DNA of 60,301 bases, the filler included, from Basidioascus undulatus (lineage: Eukaryota), in assembly GCA_000826855.1 (NCBI GenBank). It is 13 parts of 13 records of this genome, joined end to end, with 100 filler letters (N's around TTAATTAATTAA, not from the genome) between each part and the next. Parts side by side here need not be neighbours in the genome. Positions count along the whole stretch, not along the records: positions 23,332 to 27,879 come from JTLS01002126.1; positions 27,980 to 32,524 come from JTLS01002127.1; positions 32,625 to 37,162 come from JTLS01002128.1; positions 37,263 to 41,798 come from JTLS01002129.1; 9 more parts are not named here. The stretch is one strand, 5' to 3'. The number at the start of each line of letters is the position of its first letter. Position 1 is the first letter of the stretch. Made by a program: the position numbers and the translations under genes. Below, one piece after another: positions 25,575-38,789 of the stretch. The notes beneath the pieces are model-generated. The model made no database searches. It was not told where the DNA came from and worked only from the letters and a program-made list of their open reading frames with translations.

Positions 25575-27089
25575 ACTTAAGCGTGCGGTGTGGATGGAGG
25601 GGATGGTTCAGGGTGTGGGCAGCCTGGGGGCGGTGAAGAAGTAGTTGCGGTGCGAAGGCAAGGTTGGGAAGCTCCAAACTTGCGCCTCCGCCTGTCACCA
25701 TGACGGGGGCGGACCGGGAGACCAGGGCAAGGTTTGGCCAGAATGCAAGCACCCACTCCGCCCATTCACCAATTCCTTCCCCCGTATCGGACAGCCGGTC
25801 TGGTTCAATTTCATCTAGTCCGCACGCGACCAGCGGAAGGGCCCCAGACACCGCAGGCTACATGTCCCCGGCAAGGCTCAGCCTACAGCAACTGCCACTA
25901 ATTTGGCCATTAGAGGAAATTTGAGACGAATAGGCAAAGCTGCTATGCAGACGCTGAAACCCGGCAGCCCCAGGCTTCCTTTACTGGACCAAGCAACCTA
26001 CTGCGAGCTGAAGCCAATAGAAGATGCTAGAAGCTTGGAAGGAAAGGAAGACACTTTCCAAGAGGACATTGATTGGCAATGGATAGGTGGACTCGGCCTG
26101 GCTGTCTTGTTTGTTGAACGGCCACAGTTGCTATTTGACAAGACGACTGTACATCATTCACGTGCACACTCACAAATGGACACTAAAATTTGGGAGTTTG
26201 AGGTATACGATCAAGAAGTAGTCCTGGTTTCCGTCTGCCAGCCTTCAGAAACAGATCGCCGGTGGCCCATTCGAGTGCCTCAGCTAGGGTATTCAACGCT
26301 GAACGTTCACGCCCTCATCATGAGGTTCACCCTCGGAGCCCTCTCACAGGGACACAAAGAGCTTAAGAAGAAGTCTCATCAAGTTTACGGATTAGGCTGT
26401 GCTGTCGTCTAAAGCAGAGGGCCCGGTGCTGCGATGAAGCGTGAATCATACCCTCATTCCGGGCTCGTGTCCGCTCCGACGCCGGCGAAAAATGCATGAC
26501 GCGACTTCGGCCAGGTATAGGTCCTTTGAGATCCGCTTCCCAACATCCATAATTATTCCATTTCAACCACCCCTTCGGGACGGCAGGATCAGCAGATGGA
26601 CGAGGTTTACGCGTTGCCTCACACACGCGATCCGTTGCTGACTGGACGGAATGAACCGTCTCGAACCACTTGAATACACAGTTTACCAAATATTGATCAA
26701 TATTCCCTTTAATTCTGGTCAAAGGGGCAGCCAGGCAGAGCCGGTGAAGCATTTTGGAAAAGCTGAAACGCGGACCGCCTCGCAGGACTCTGCTTGTCCA
26801 CCGTCCCACCCCACCAGCTTTGCACAGCTTGGCTTCCTACCATCATCATCCCCTCTCCGCAAGTGAAATCCCTCCATTCCAGCCACCCTTAAGAGCGCAC
26901 TCCGGAAAAGAAGCGATTTGAGACGGTTCTGGCACGCGCGAGTTGGAGCGCAGACGGCACAGCAATCCCCTCTGCTTCCCTGCCTCCGCGCATGGCAGGG
27001 GTCATGGGTAGGCGCTCGCTCCCTTACACAGATTCCGTGGTCAATTTTGAGCCACGGCCAGCTGGAGCGAGCGTCGTGCTGCAGGCTTA

Positions 27090-27712
27090 AGCCTGGTACG
27101 ACCGGGACTCTCCCGCGCGCCTACGCTTCCTGCGCGCCATCGTCTCGCGCCCTGCTCTCGGAGCGCATGTCCGGGACCTTCGTGTCCAATGGGGGGACGG
27201 CTACTCCGACGCGAAGCATCTCGCGGCTATAGAGCTGTTCGAGCCTGCTGCTGCAGCGCACGGGATGCCCGACCATCTGCGGGCCGCAGTTAAACCCGGC
27301 CAGAGTGGGACCTCACCTGCGAAGTCCTCCTCCTCTATCTCCTGCCGAATCTGCATTCGATCAGAATAGAGCCCTCATTCGAAGTGAGCCTCTTCTTTCG
27401 GGCCATCTCGACGCAGGGTTCGTCAGGCTCGCTCCCGCCCGCTCTGCGCTCGCTGCAGGAGCTCACGCTCGCCTGGGAAGACCTGCCATCCGGCGAGATT
27501 CAAATATCCTCTCCTGGTTTGCGCTGCCCTCGCTCCACACCCTTTCCGTACACGGCGTCGATGGAAGCGTTGGGTGGGGCTCCGTGGAGGAGTACGACCG
27601 CCAGCTCGAAGCGCTCAGAGGCACCTCGACTGTCACGGACCTCACGCTCACATTCAACCAAGTCATCGAGACCCCCGGCACGCTTGCGAATGCGAGTGCG
27701 AGGAAAGGGTGA
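27090..27712 (+). pseudogene. Degenerate LRR-like protein fragment
   Basis: LRSLQELTLAW and FALPSLHTLSVHG...TSTVTDLTLTF lie in different frames. Confidence 0.4.
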
Positions 27713-28145
27713 GTGCGAAGGGCAGTACGAGTGCGAGTGGGGGGGCGGGTGCGAGTGCCCAGGCGAGTGCGAACATCAGTGTGAAGGTCTGTAGATGTGA
27801 GAGTGAATCGAGTCGAGTGGTCGAAGAAGGGTCGAAGGTCGCCGGCTTTCCACACCCAACAACTGCAGTACCGCAGTACNNNNNNNNNNNNNNNNNNNNN
27901 NNNNNNNNNNNNNNNNNNNNNNNTTAATTAATTAANNNNNNNNNNNNNNNNNNNNNNNNNNNNNNNNNNNNNNNNNNNNGTACTGTTTCTTGGGCATCGG
28001 GTCCCAGCAAAATGTTCAAGCACGCGCCCTTTGCATTGCCGTGCGGCCCGCCAGTGCATCCGTCGATCATCTCCGTCTCGGCCGTCTAAAACCAAGCGCG
28101 TGTGTCTTCGAGTCTCGTTCTGTTCAACTCTCCACCTTCCTCATC

Positions 28146-29024
28146 ATGGACAGCCTATCTCTCCCTCCTTCGGGAGCCCCGACTCCTCATCCCAAGCCCT
28201 ACCTGACGCTCTACCCGTCCGCTACAAACCACCTCGCCGGCACAGTCTATTTCCGCACTGCCCCGGACCCGGACGGTAAAGCGCTCTACACGCTCGAGAC
28301 TGCCGCACCGACGCCATCTACGGGCCGCTCGGTCTGGGGGTGCGAGACGGTCGTGCGCGGCCGAGACGAGAACGGGGAGGAGGAGCTTGCGCGCTTCGAT
28401 GTCTTGAAGGAGTACAACGAGGGGCCGTTCAGCATGCTGGGGAGGACTGAGAAGAAAGTCGGGCAGTTTCTGTGGAGAGCAAAGGGGGCCGGAGTGTGCG
28501 TTTGCCCATGTCCTTCTCAAAATGCGCTTGTATCAGCGCATTCGCCAAGTTTGTGGGCTGAACGGAAGGGTAAGGAAGGTACACCAAAGCGTTTGTCGTT
28601 GGCCACTCGCACGAATTCTTTTGGATGTCTGACCACAAGCATGCACGCTCGTTGGTCCGTCCTCACCTCGACTTTCTGATCTCTATCAGAGAACTTTACT
28701 CACTTTCCACACTTTCAGCTATTCTCCTTGGCCGCAGTGAACGATGCGACCCTGTCCCCCCTTGCAGTCTACTACCTGGCCCCTTCGCTCTGCCGCTCTC
28801 TGCCGCCCATGGAGCTTCGGTTTCCCGCAGCCGAATCACGCCGATCCCCTACTCCATGTCTGTCGCCGAAGGGAAAGAGTCCAAACAGAGAGCGGGACGA
28901 AACGCTCCCGCTGCCGAGGTTGGAGTTCCTGGAAGAGCTCCCGCTCGTGCTTGATGTCGATCTGGTTGTCATAACGCTGGTGTTGTTTGAGGTCTTCAGA
29001 AGAAGGGCGGATGGAGGGCGGTAG
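28146..29024 (+). CDS. Hypothetical basidiomycete protein, DUF6593-like, three exons
   Basis: KALYTLET...ELARF...KVGQFL and C-terminal PRLEFLEELPLVLDVDLVVITLVLFEVFRRR; GT-AG introns join the frames. Confidence 0.6.
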
Positions 29025-29344
29025 GTTCATTCAATCGTCGAGACCTAATCCTGCCAATGCCTGCGAGGTGGTTGGACGAAGAAGCGCGGCTGTGAAATGG
29101 CATGGCAGTTCAGTCGGCTTCAGAGGGTATAAACAAATGCAGCAACTGATATCGTGGAACTCTATTTCGAGCGTGTATCCAGTGGCACGGAGGCAGAGAG
29201 TGCGGAAATCGTCGACTGCCATGGCTGAAGTCCTTGTAGTCAGAACGCGATGTGTGGCTTCCGACCCTCTTCGTGCCCCATTGCCAATGAAGACTGCAGA
29301 CGAGCTTTAATGCTGACAGCAAAGTCTCGTCTATGGATATTCCA

Positions 29345-31451
29345 TCAAGGCTCTGCGAAGACAGTCTCGCCAATGTTACAGACGTCAAACGCTCCTTCCG
29401 GGACACCTTCTTTCACAGCAGCAGCGCGCAGGCGCTTGGGCTGTCCAAGAAAGCCTCAACGTGAGCACGACTCGTATCTCACACTAAAAATCGCAGAACG
29501 CAGACTCACAGGCTCGTCGAGGGGCTCGTCCGTCAAGATGAAAGTGCTGTGAAAAGATTCCGTTTACCTGCTCATACCAGGAAAGTCAGGCAAGAAGACC
29601 CTTACCCCCAGTGCTAAGTAGCCAGAAAGAATCTGTGAGCCTATGATTTCCGGTCAAGTGAACGCGAACGCAAGGTGCGCACCATGCCGATCGCCTTGCG
29701 CGCCTTGACGTCCTGGAAGACCTTAACGCTGTCCTCCGGCGAGCAATGAAGGGAGACATCATCCTGCGCGGCGATTATGCGCTGCATTTATCCCAGCGTC
29801 AGCACGATCACCCAGGGTTGCAACTCGAAAACCAGATGCGACTCGCCCAATCGGAATAAGTCCCAGAGCGAATGGGCCCTTGCGCTCTCCGATCTCCTTG
29901 AATGCCGGGCACACCGGCGCCTCGTCTTGCTTCTCGTCGGTGCACGAGCGATAGCCCGTGTCGCCCGCGAACCAGACGTTGGCCGGGGGACGCGAGCTCT
30001 CCGTCTCGCCTGAACGCGGGAGCTCCTGCACGCACCAGGAATCCCACAGTGTAGCGAAGCGGTCGTGGACGCCGCGCGCAGTAAAATGCTGCAGAATGCC
30101 AGAATTAATTGAGCTGTTTGAACTTTAAGTTGCTGCGAGAGGGACGGAGGGAAGGTCGTACTTGCGCAGGCGTGTACGTAAGACGGAGTTGCAGTGCGTC
30201 GGTAGCGCCACCGACAGTGACCTGGCCAATCAAAGTGTCAGCCATGTAGACGTGCTTTGAGAAGCAATGAAGCTTACAGAGACATCCCGCTCATCCCACC
30301 AGTCGAGCTCCGTCGCATGCTTGATTCCGGCGCTCTTGAACCAGCTCGCCGTGCCGAGCGGCACGAAGAAATGCGGCGTGCGCTCGCGTAAGTTCAGCTT
30401 CTTCACGGTCGCGACGTCGAGGTGGTCTGCAGACGAGCGTGATTGATTTAACTCGCGATAGGCAGTCCGAAGGAGTCTCGCTCATACCGTAGTGGTTGTG
30501 GCTAATCCTGTACTTGTCGCAAGCTGTATGAGCACTTTGCGAACCACGAGTTGCACTCACACAAAACGTACAGGACAATGTCAACTTCGGGTATCTCTTC
30601 GATGGTGCAGGGCGGCTCTGTGCCACCAGTTGTTCAGAGAATGCGACAGACATGCATGAAGATGTGACCACGTACGGGTGAAGCGAGCGGGGCCCATGAA
30701 CTGCACAGGAGAACAACCTGAACAGAAGCCTGAGATCTGTCTCCATTCCACTCAAGATACCAATAAACCAACACTTACACTGGCTGAACACTGGGTCAGT
30801 GATAAGCCGGACACCGCGCGGAGAGCCCTCGGGTGAAGGGAGCTCGACGAGGAAGGACGCGTGGCTACGCGAGGCAACTGCATCAGTGAGTGAAAACAGG
30901 GTGGTCACGATGAAAGTCCTACCCCAGCCAGGTCGCTTTGATGAGATCCTTCGCGTCTGCGCGGGAGGCAACCCAGTCCTGCAACAGCAGATCCTCGTTC
31001 AGCTACAATGCAAGTGTTTTCGCAATGTCGACGAAAGCATGCACTGGTTTCACGACCTTCACGACCTCGTCCAAGTTCTCCGGGATTTTGACCTTCCTCC
31101 ACGTTTTCCAGGCGTCGTAATAGTCCCCATAAGTGTGTTCATGGAAGCTGAGCCCTGCGAGCATCCACCGATGAGCATTGAGGCCGCGCTGGATCAACAG
31201 TCGCCCTTACAGGGGTTTCGGAACTTTGTTCCCGCGCTGTTGGCGTGATGCGCAGGCCGCTGAGGCTCTCCTCCGGCCGGTGCTGGCTCGGCAGGAGCAG
31301 TTGAAGAAAGAGTGACAGAGACGGCGGGCGCCCTATGCGGGACAAGATGGGGTGGAGCGGCTGCATGACTCGCAGGATCCATGAAGCGTACGTACATGCG
31401 AGCAGCTTTGGTGAATCGACGTGCAAGTATCCTTATAGGCGGAAGTCGCAT
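29345..31451 (-). CDS. NAPE-hydrolysing phospholipase D (metallo-beta-lactamase fold, Fmp30-like), many short exons
   Basis: PAHHANSAGTKFRNP, TWLG|HASFLVE, ITDPVFS, ISHNHY|DHLD, VWFAGDTGY, FKEIGERKGPFALGLIPIG, IGM|HWG|TFILTDEP; Arg-rich presequence-like N-terminus. Confidence 0.92.
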
Positions 31452-32129
31452 GTCCCGGGTATAAGTGGAAGAAAGTTGAGGAAAGGCAAAACTTGCAGAA
31501 GGGCCCTTGCGACGCGTCCGCGACGGCGCCGGCGGCGCCCCCTTCCGACGTAGGCGGCGTCTTGGCCTACCGATCTTGACCTTCTCACGCACCACCTTCC
31601 GCACCCTCCCTTTCAAGTATACCCTCACGTCTGACAAGAGTCCAACACAAATACTCTCTATATTCCAACAGGATCCCACATTTTCAGGAATACACATCCC
31701 ATCCTTCGCGCAATATCGGCCTCGGCAGTGTAGCGCCCGGCTTCGCTCGCTTCGTTTCATACCCTCCGCTTCGCCTCTCGGGTAGGATTAGACTGGATCG
31801 GGGATCGTGGCAGATTGTGGATCGAATGAACGGGGCGGATTGCTAACTACTAGGTGAGTGCTTGTCCTTCGTTGGCTTTGAGGGACTGAGAGGCAACGGA
31901 GGCGGGCGCTGCGCACCTGAGTGGGAGCTCGGATGAGGTCCATGCGAGCACAGCGGTTTCGATACCGCCGTCCTGAGCTTTCATAATTGCTTCATTCTCC
32001 CCCACACCCTGTCATCTGATATTATAGGTGTTGACCTTCATGCTCCTGCACTGTGCGGCGAGAGTGAGGCAGACAGGGGTGCTGCGCGCTGCAGGGGGTC
32101 GAAGATGAGATAACCGACGATCTCCCTGT

Positions 32130-32524
32130 AGCATCGCGCCTCCCTCGAACCCCACACCCATGGCCTTACCTACACCGTCCAGCGCTTCAAGACGAATACT
32201 GACCCGATGATCTCTCCTCCATCATATGACAAAGCCGCCATGCCTGCCTCACCTCCGCCCTCCACGCCGCACCCTCCCCATCGGCCCTCATCCGACCATG
32301 GACGTGCTACACCTCCGTGCGTCCATCACTCCCTCCACTGACATAGATTCCCACTTACCGAACTTTACACCACTCTTTGATATTTTCGTCTGCAGTTTCC
32401 GCAACCCCGCGCTCGACTTCTCGGACCACGACTTCGCAGCGCCAACCTCGCCGCCGTACCGCGCACAGGACCCGCATCCCCGCCCGCCCTCCGAGACAAT
32501 AACCGCTCTGAACCCTTTCGGTCT
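32130..32524 (+). CDS. Partial hypothetical Pro-rich protein, runs off contig
   Basis: Exon-like open frames (HGLTYTVQRFKTNTDPMISPPSYD...; FRNPALDFSDHDF...) separated by a GT...CTGAC...CAG intron; start uncertain. Confidence 0.35.
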
Positions 32525-32624
32525 NNNNNNNNNNNNNNNNNNNNNNNNNNNNNNNNNNNNNNNNNNNNTTAATTAATTAANNNNNNNNNNNNNNNNNNNN
32601 NNNNNNNNNNNNNNNNNNNNNNNN

Positions 32625-32963
32625 GGGAGTGCCCGCCGCTGTAGGACGAGCGAGCGTGCGAGTGGTGCGAGAGCGCGGAGGTGTGCGAGCCGACGGAGGA
32701 AGGCCCCGGGTGGGTAGACGCGTCGGTGGTGGATGTGAAGGCGAAGCTGCCAGCCCCAACCAAGCGATACCGCAGTCAGCCCCTACACTCTTTACACATT
32801 CTCCTCTGAAGCAAGCAAACAAAAGAGAGTGTGGCACGCACCCCCACTGCTGAGCGCGCTTCCCAGCGCCCGCGAACGACGACCCACCGCCGGACGAGCC
32901 GCGCGAGTGCGAGCGCTTGACTCTGGGGCGGGCGGGGTGCGCGTGCGTGTTTGCCGTAGGCAT
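32625..32963 (-). CDS. 5' part of a hypothetical Ser-rich protein, runs off contig
   Basis: ATG at 32963, one apparent intron, low-complexity open frame to the contig end. Confidence 0.4.
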
Positions 32964-33496
32964 TCAGAAGTAGCTCAAGAGATTAAGGTAACGCCGGCAA
33001 GGGCAGGCAAGGCGAGTAAAGGGGTGCAGCAGGACGAGGAGATAACGAGCAAGTTGTGGGAAGAGGGCGAGGAGCGCGGCTGTGGCCTGGGAGAACAATG
33101 AAAGGAGGTAAGACCCAACGAAGACTGGCAAATGGATGCCATTTGATTGATATGCGCTGTTTCGCAACGTCGCAAAACATCATGTAGCTGCATATCTTGA
33201 AAAAGCAGTCGCCTTGAGCAGACGTCGCACCTGCCGTGCGGTACTTCATGCGCCTGGCCCTGCCGGAGCTCGTACCTGTCTGGAAACCCCAGCACGCCCA
33301 AGCTCCTGCTTGAGCTCATCTCGCATCCAAGGATAGGCCACGACAGTCCAACAATGCACCGAGAGATCTATGCGTCCATGCGGGGCAAGTACTAAGCAAG
33401 TAGCGAATGGCGAACGTGTCCCTCAACGTGTCCGTGTCCCTCCAAATGCTACAACAAGCAAGTCCAACCGCATGCAAAGCAGTCCAGCGCGCCCGC

Positions 33497-35201
33497 TCAC
33501 GCAACGCTCTCCAGCAAGTCCCGCACGAGCTCGTACGTGTAGAACGAGACGCCGCTGGTGTGTTCATCGCGGTCGGGTCAGCCTCCATGACCACACGAAG
33601 GGGAGGAGACTAGACGCACATGGACGGCGCGACCTTGAGCCAGTTCGCCCAAATGCCGCGATACAGTCCGAAGAATCTGTTCAAAAATACGATCCAATCA
33701 TCAGCTACGGGGCGGAGGAAAGAGAAAGATGAAAGACGGAGGATTGCACGCACCCCTCCGCCTTGACAATCTTGATCACCGCGTCCCAAGCTCCATCATA
33801 CTGCGGGCCGAGCGCCGCACTTTTCATGCCGACGACCTGCATCTTTCTCCGCAGCACGTCGCCTGTCCTTGCCCCAAGCTCAGTTTCTCTGCTACCCGCG
33901 CGGGGTGGGGAGAACGGGACGCACAAGGATAAGTGAGCGTCTGCGAGATCGTCCCGGCCAGTGCGCCGCACGCGAGCTTGCTCAGCGCGGCCGTGCCCGT
34001 AGCGGACGCGGGATCGGACGTGGGGAAGAAGCCCTTGAGGGACTCGTACGCCGCAAAGTTCAGTGCGACCTGTCCTCCCCCCACGTCCCCATCCATCAGC
34101 TCTTTCCTCCCCTGCTTACAGGTCCACCGTGCTTGTGGATCGGGGGAAGGACGTACGTAGGGTGCCACGCCCACGCTCGTCGCGACGAGCCCGCGGTACA
34201 GCCCGCGCACACCGCCCTCCTCCCGGTACACCTTGAGGCCCATGCTCCACATGCCCAGCTTCTCCTGCGCGCTTGCCTGCCCCCCGCTGATCCCCAGCGA
34301 GGCGGACGCGATGGACAGCCGGGAGCGCACGAGGTCGAGCGGGTAGGTGGTGGCTTTTCGGGGTGGGTAGGAGGCTTCGTGAGTGTCGCTGAACGAGGGA
34401 AAGGGGAGGAGATGGGGAGGAAGAGAGGTGAAAGGAAGGGGGGAAAGGGGCTAGGGGGGAAGGAATGGAGGGAAGGTGGAAGGGGAGTAGACGCACCGAC
34501 GGAGGCGATCCCCGCCAGGGCGCCGGCGGTCAGACGCTCGGGGGTATTGAGCGTGTGGGTATTGTTTCGCGAGAAGAGCTTCTTGAGCTGCTCGTAGCTC
34601 GCGAACTAGCGAGAAGACAGAAGGGGTGAGGACTTGACTTGGGGGAGAGACAGAGCCGAACGGGTGAGAGAAAGGATGGTCGCACTTGTACAGCGGAGTA
34701 TGGCGCTATCCGCTGTAGTTTAGGGAGTGTCAGGGTGAAAGAGAAGAGGAACGGGAGGCAGTAGGAAAGCGCACCAGGCAGTTGATCCCGTTCCCCCTCA
34801 TCATGCCCTTGAACCCTTCCTCCCTCCAGATCTTGCACAAACCCTGCCAGATGCCCGTATACTGTCCGCCCTGGAAGCTCTGCACTTGTCTGGCGACCAC
34901 CCACCAAACCCACCGGATCAGCATCTCCCCACCCCCCACCTCCCTGCTCTGCCACGCACTGCAAGATTTTGAGCCGCTCAAGCGGTGAGACGACGGTCCT
35001 GCTCGCAGCGCCCGCGCACCCGCCGGCGACAAAGTACTGGAGGAGGCGCTGGCGCTCGGACTGGGTGTGCTGCTTGACCTTCTCCGCGGCCGCGGCGGCC
35101 TGCGAGCGCGTGGTCATGCGCTGGACGGGCGCGGGGGACGTCGGCGGGGGGAGCACCGACGGGCCGGGGGACGTCGAGGAGGAGATGGCGGCTGTGGACA
35201 T
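33497..35201 (-). CDS. Mitochondrial carrier (SLC25A42/YPR011C-like adenine-nucleotide/CoA group), complete
   Basis: Three carrier signatures PLERLK, PLDLVRSR and YPxDVLRRK; GGCAGAASRTVVSP, MRGNGINCL|RIAPYSAVQ, GLYRG repeats. Confidence 0.93.
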
Positions 35202-35789
35202 GGTCGTGTGGGGGCGAGGCGAAAGGGAATCCAAGCGACGGTGGGTCGGTCCAAGAAAAACGAAGAGGAGGAAAGGGGCGGGCGATATCCGGGTCGCTGG
35301 CGGGTCGTCTATTGAGACATTGAAGAGCAATATCAAGCCGCAAAAAGAAGGTAGAACGCGGTGGGCGTCGACTTTGATCCAGCACACGACCGGCTAGGGG
35401 AGAGAGCGACGGCAGCCGAAAGCAGCGAGGGAGCGAGCGAGACGAGAAGGCACGCAACGCCGAAGTCCCGGCCCGAGGACGCCCGAGTCGGGCAATCGAT
35501 GCACCCGACCAAAGTCAGGAGGACTTTGGCGTTTCGACCGTCTCCGACCGGACTGCAGGCTCACAACTTCGGATTTGCATGCGAAAATGCGTGGTTTTGT
35601 ATGGCATGTGGCGCTCTTTCAATGTCATGCTGAAGGTCATTTGAATTTCCGACGCCGCTACACAGCCTGCAGCGACGCGTCGCTGTCGCCGGGCAGTGTC
35701 CATCCACCATACGTACACGCCGTTCAATGGCAAGAGGAGCTGAAGGGAAGGGACATGGACATGGAGAGTGATGGATAGCAGAGGCGGCA

Positions 35790-36200
35790 TGCGGACACAG
35801 CATGAACAGTAGGCGAGAGTACAATACGCTTCGAAGGCCCAACGCCAGTTCAGGCGCCGAGCGCACCAAAGACGACCTTTAGCCCAGCCACGGCGCACGT
35901 ATCCCGCACCGCCCGCATCCACCTCCTCGCGGACCTCGTCGGCATATCCCTGTCCCTTCGTCAAAAACGTAACCGTCCCAAGCTTCGGCGCGAGGGCGTC
36001 CCTCCGTCCAATGTACTGCGCGAGCTCGACAAGTGCGGTGAGCTGCCCTCCGAAGTTGGGCGGACGGAGATGCACGCCGAGCGCCTGGACCGAGGGGCGC
36101 TGAGGGCTGGCCAGACGGTGGAGAGCGAGTGCGGGAACACGATGCTGTGGCTCATGGAGAAACTCATGCTGTCTCTTCGAAAGGCTTCCGGACTGAAATT
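35790..36200 (-). pseudogene. Degenerate SRPBCC/START-like gene fragment
   Basis: SFSMSHSIVFPHSLSTVWPALS resembles the N-terminus of the neighbour at 36611; the frame breaks afterwards. Confidence 0.35.
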
Positions 36201-36610
36201 GAAATGGATGTTGGAAGGAGGAAACAAGCTGGAGGAGTTGACGGTTAAAGATAGAGAGGTCAGCGACGCCTCAGTCGGGAACTCGAGGCGCGTGGGCCGC
36301 GAGTGAAATGAACGTCCTGGCGGGATTCCCGGTGGTCTTCGCCTCCTTGCACTCCCTTTGGGCACTAAAATTGCCCAATTTATCTCTCTAGATTCACTTT
36401 CTATCTTTCTTGCTCGCATGCACGGTCACGATTCGCCAGCTAGCAGTCGGGTAAGGCTCACTTGCAGCGACGAGCCGGAAGCGCCGCCGGAAGGCAAACG
36501 CGCTCCTAACGCGTCTCAGGCAGGTCGCCCCACGCACCTTGCTTTACGACGACCATCATCTGCAGCCATCATTTGCCTTCATCTTCATTTCACATCCGTA
36601 GAGTCCAAAG

Positions 36611-37162
36611 ATGACGACCGCCACTAGCGCGCCCGAAGTCGTGCTCACGAGCCAGCCTTTCAACTTCACCTCCTCGCACTCGATCACGCTCCCCTCCCTT
36701 TCGAGCGCGTCTTCACCGTTCTCGCGACCTCCTCCTCGCTCGAGCCCGTCGCCTGTCTCTCGGGCTCACCGCGTCCTTCACGCTCAAGGACACGACCCCA
36801 TCCCGGTCGCGCCCCGCTCGCTCTCGGCCGCCCGCGGCACGTAATTCCACCCCGAGTCTGACGACGGTCAACCGCAGCTCCCATGCACCAAGTTCGCGCT
36901 GGAGGAGACGATCCCTGTGCTCGGCGGGCTCATCAAGAACAGGGTGCAGATCGAGGGATCGCAGACGGAGGACCGCGAGGGAAGGTGCTGCCTGTACGAG
37001 AGCGTCGCGGTCAAGCAGGGTATTGCCATTTGGAAGTTTAGATATTTTGAGGAGGTGGAAGGTGGGGAAGCGGCGAAGGTGACGGAGAGGATCGAGGGAC
37101 ACTGTCCGGGATGGATGAGGTGGATCGTCGAGAGGGAGTGCAGGAGCGCGCATCTGTACGTG
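36611..37162 (+). pseudogene. Frameshifted SRPBCC/START-like fungal protein
   Basis: FNFTSSHSITLP / LPFERVFTVLA / KFALEETIPVLGGLIK...KVTERIEGHCPGWMRWIVERECRSAH are spread over different frames with an in-frame TAA. Confidence 0.55.
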
Positions 37163-37262
37163 NNNNNNNNNNNNNNNNNNNNNNNNNNNNNNNNNNNNNN
37201 NNNNNNTTAATTAATTAANNNNNNNNNNNNNNNNNNNNNNNNNNNNNNNNNNNNNNNNNNNN

Positions 37263-38286
37263 TGGCGGTGGCGGTGGGGACGGGTAAGGGGACGGTGCCG
37301 GACGCGGCGGCGGCGCGCTCAAGCATGCGCTTCTTGCGCCGACGGAGGTTGCGCTCGTGCGTTGATGACTTGCCTTGCCCTGGGGGAACGAGGGGTTGTC
37401 TGGAAGGATAGAACGTTAATATGTCGGTGAACTGCGAAGAGTGAAGGTAGGCGCAGGAGCGGGGCTAGCTGACGCACTGTGGAGAGGGTTTCGGCTGAGC
37501 AGTGGCGGTGAATGAGGGTATAGGAGCGGGACGCTTGGAGGAAATTCGAGAAGGCGCAGAGGAGGTTGAGGAGGTTGAGGATGTCGCAGATGAGGCGGAA
37601 GAGGACGCGTCGCTCTCGCTGTCGCTCTCGGAGGAAGACTCGTCCGAGTTGGATTCGGATTCGGATGCGGAGGACTCGGAAGAAGACGAGGACGAAGCGG
37701 ACAAAGACGAGGAGGACGAGGAGGGTTGTGGAAGAGGAGCAGATTTCTTGTGCTTGTGCTTTGGTGCCGGTGCGGCAGCAGGGACTCGCCGTTTCTTGGG
37801 CTGTGCGGGCGCTGGGGCAGGGGAGGGAGAGCGCTTGCGCTTCGATGCCGCAGGTACCGGTATAAGCGCAGCTGCGGGGGGCGCGCGACCAAGAGTAGGT
37901 CAGTGCAATGGCGGAGTTGATAGAAGGTAAGTTCTGCGCACCTCCTACGGCCCCAGTCACAGGCAGTGCGAACGCCGTTGCATCCCGCAACTTCAGTCTG
38001 CAAGCATATCGCCCAGTCCCAAGTCAGCGTGCTCTGCTCACTGCACCTCAGGCGCTCTGCCTCTCTCTTGAACTCACCTGACTTCGTCTCCATCCCTCAA
38101 TGTGCCCTCCAGCACCACAAACCCCTCCAGCTCAAGCACGAGCTCCTCCGGGTCTGCCCTTTCGCCGGGCAGGACAGCCGCCACGATGCGCGCCAGGAGG
38201 ACCGGCAGGGGCTCATCGGGCGCGAATGGGAAGAGAAGCTTGGTCTGCGGCAGTGGAGGAGTCGTCTGAAGCTTTAGACGGGCCAT
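37263..38286 (-). CDS. Coilin-like nuclear protein; 3' end off-contig
   Basis: N-terminal MARLKLQTTPPLP...LVLELEGFVVLEGTLRDGDEV domain, S/D/E-rich tract, and VPPGQGKSSTHERNLRRRKKRML motif. Confidence 0.6.
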
Positions 38287-38789
38287 GGTAAGCTGCAATC
38301 GCGGTGTGATGGTGGAGGAGGAAATTGCGGGAGGGATGAGCAGGAACAGGTCTGGCCCGGTCACCTGACGCTAAATAACGAAGAATTGGTAAAGTTTATG
38401 CTGGCAGTTGATTTCCTTAGAGTCCAAGGTACATTCAAAGTGACGAATGAAATTGTTTTCTTGGGTTCTTATATTGATTTGAGTGTCATTTGGGCATCAG
38501 GCCGGTGGTGGCTTCCGTCACTGTGTGTTTTAAACTGGCTTTCCTTCTCGCCATGGATCTCTGCCCACTCGACTTCGGGGTTACTACACACTGTCATCTT
38601 AAACTTGTTGGTCGCTCTACCACTGATCCCCAACGGATCATCAACTCTAGCACTGCCAAGACCAGTCGAAAAGGCTGGGGTACGTGAACGCATAGAGTCT
38701 TCCAATTGTTCGATTGGGTTTGCTTACAAGCCTATTCGGACTTCGTTCTCGCAAACTTCGTCAGAGACACCCGCTTGGCTAGCTACTCA

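Noticed and set aside
25903..26809. Convergent 169-aa and 148-aa ORFs in AT-richer DNA
   Set aside because: No recognisable motif and atypical codon usage; cannot be supported as genes or a mobile element.
37502..37930. Acidic 142-aa plus-strand ORF
   Set aside because: Antisense of the Ser-rich tract of the coilin-like gene.
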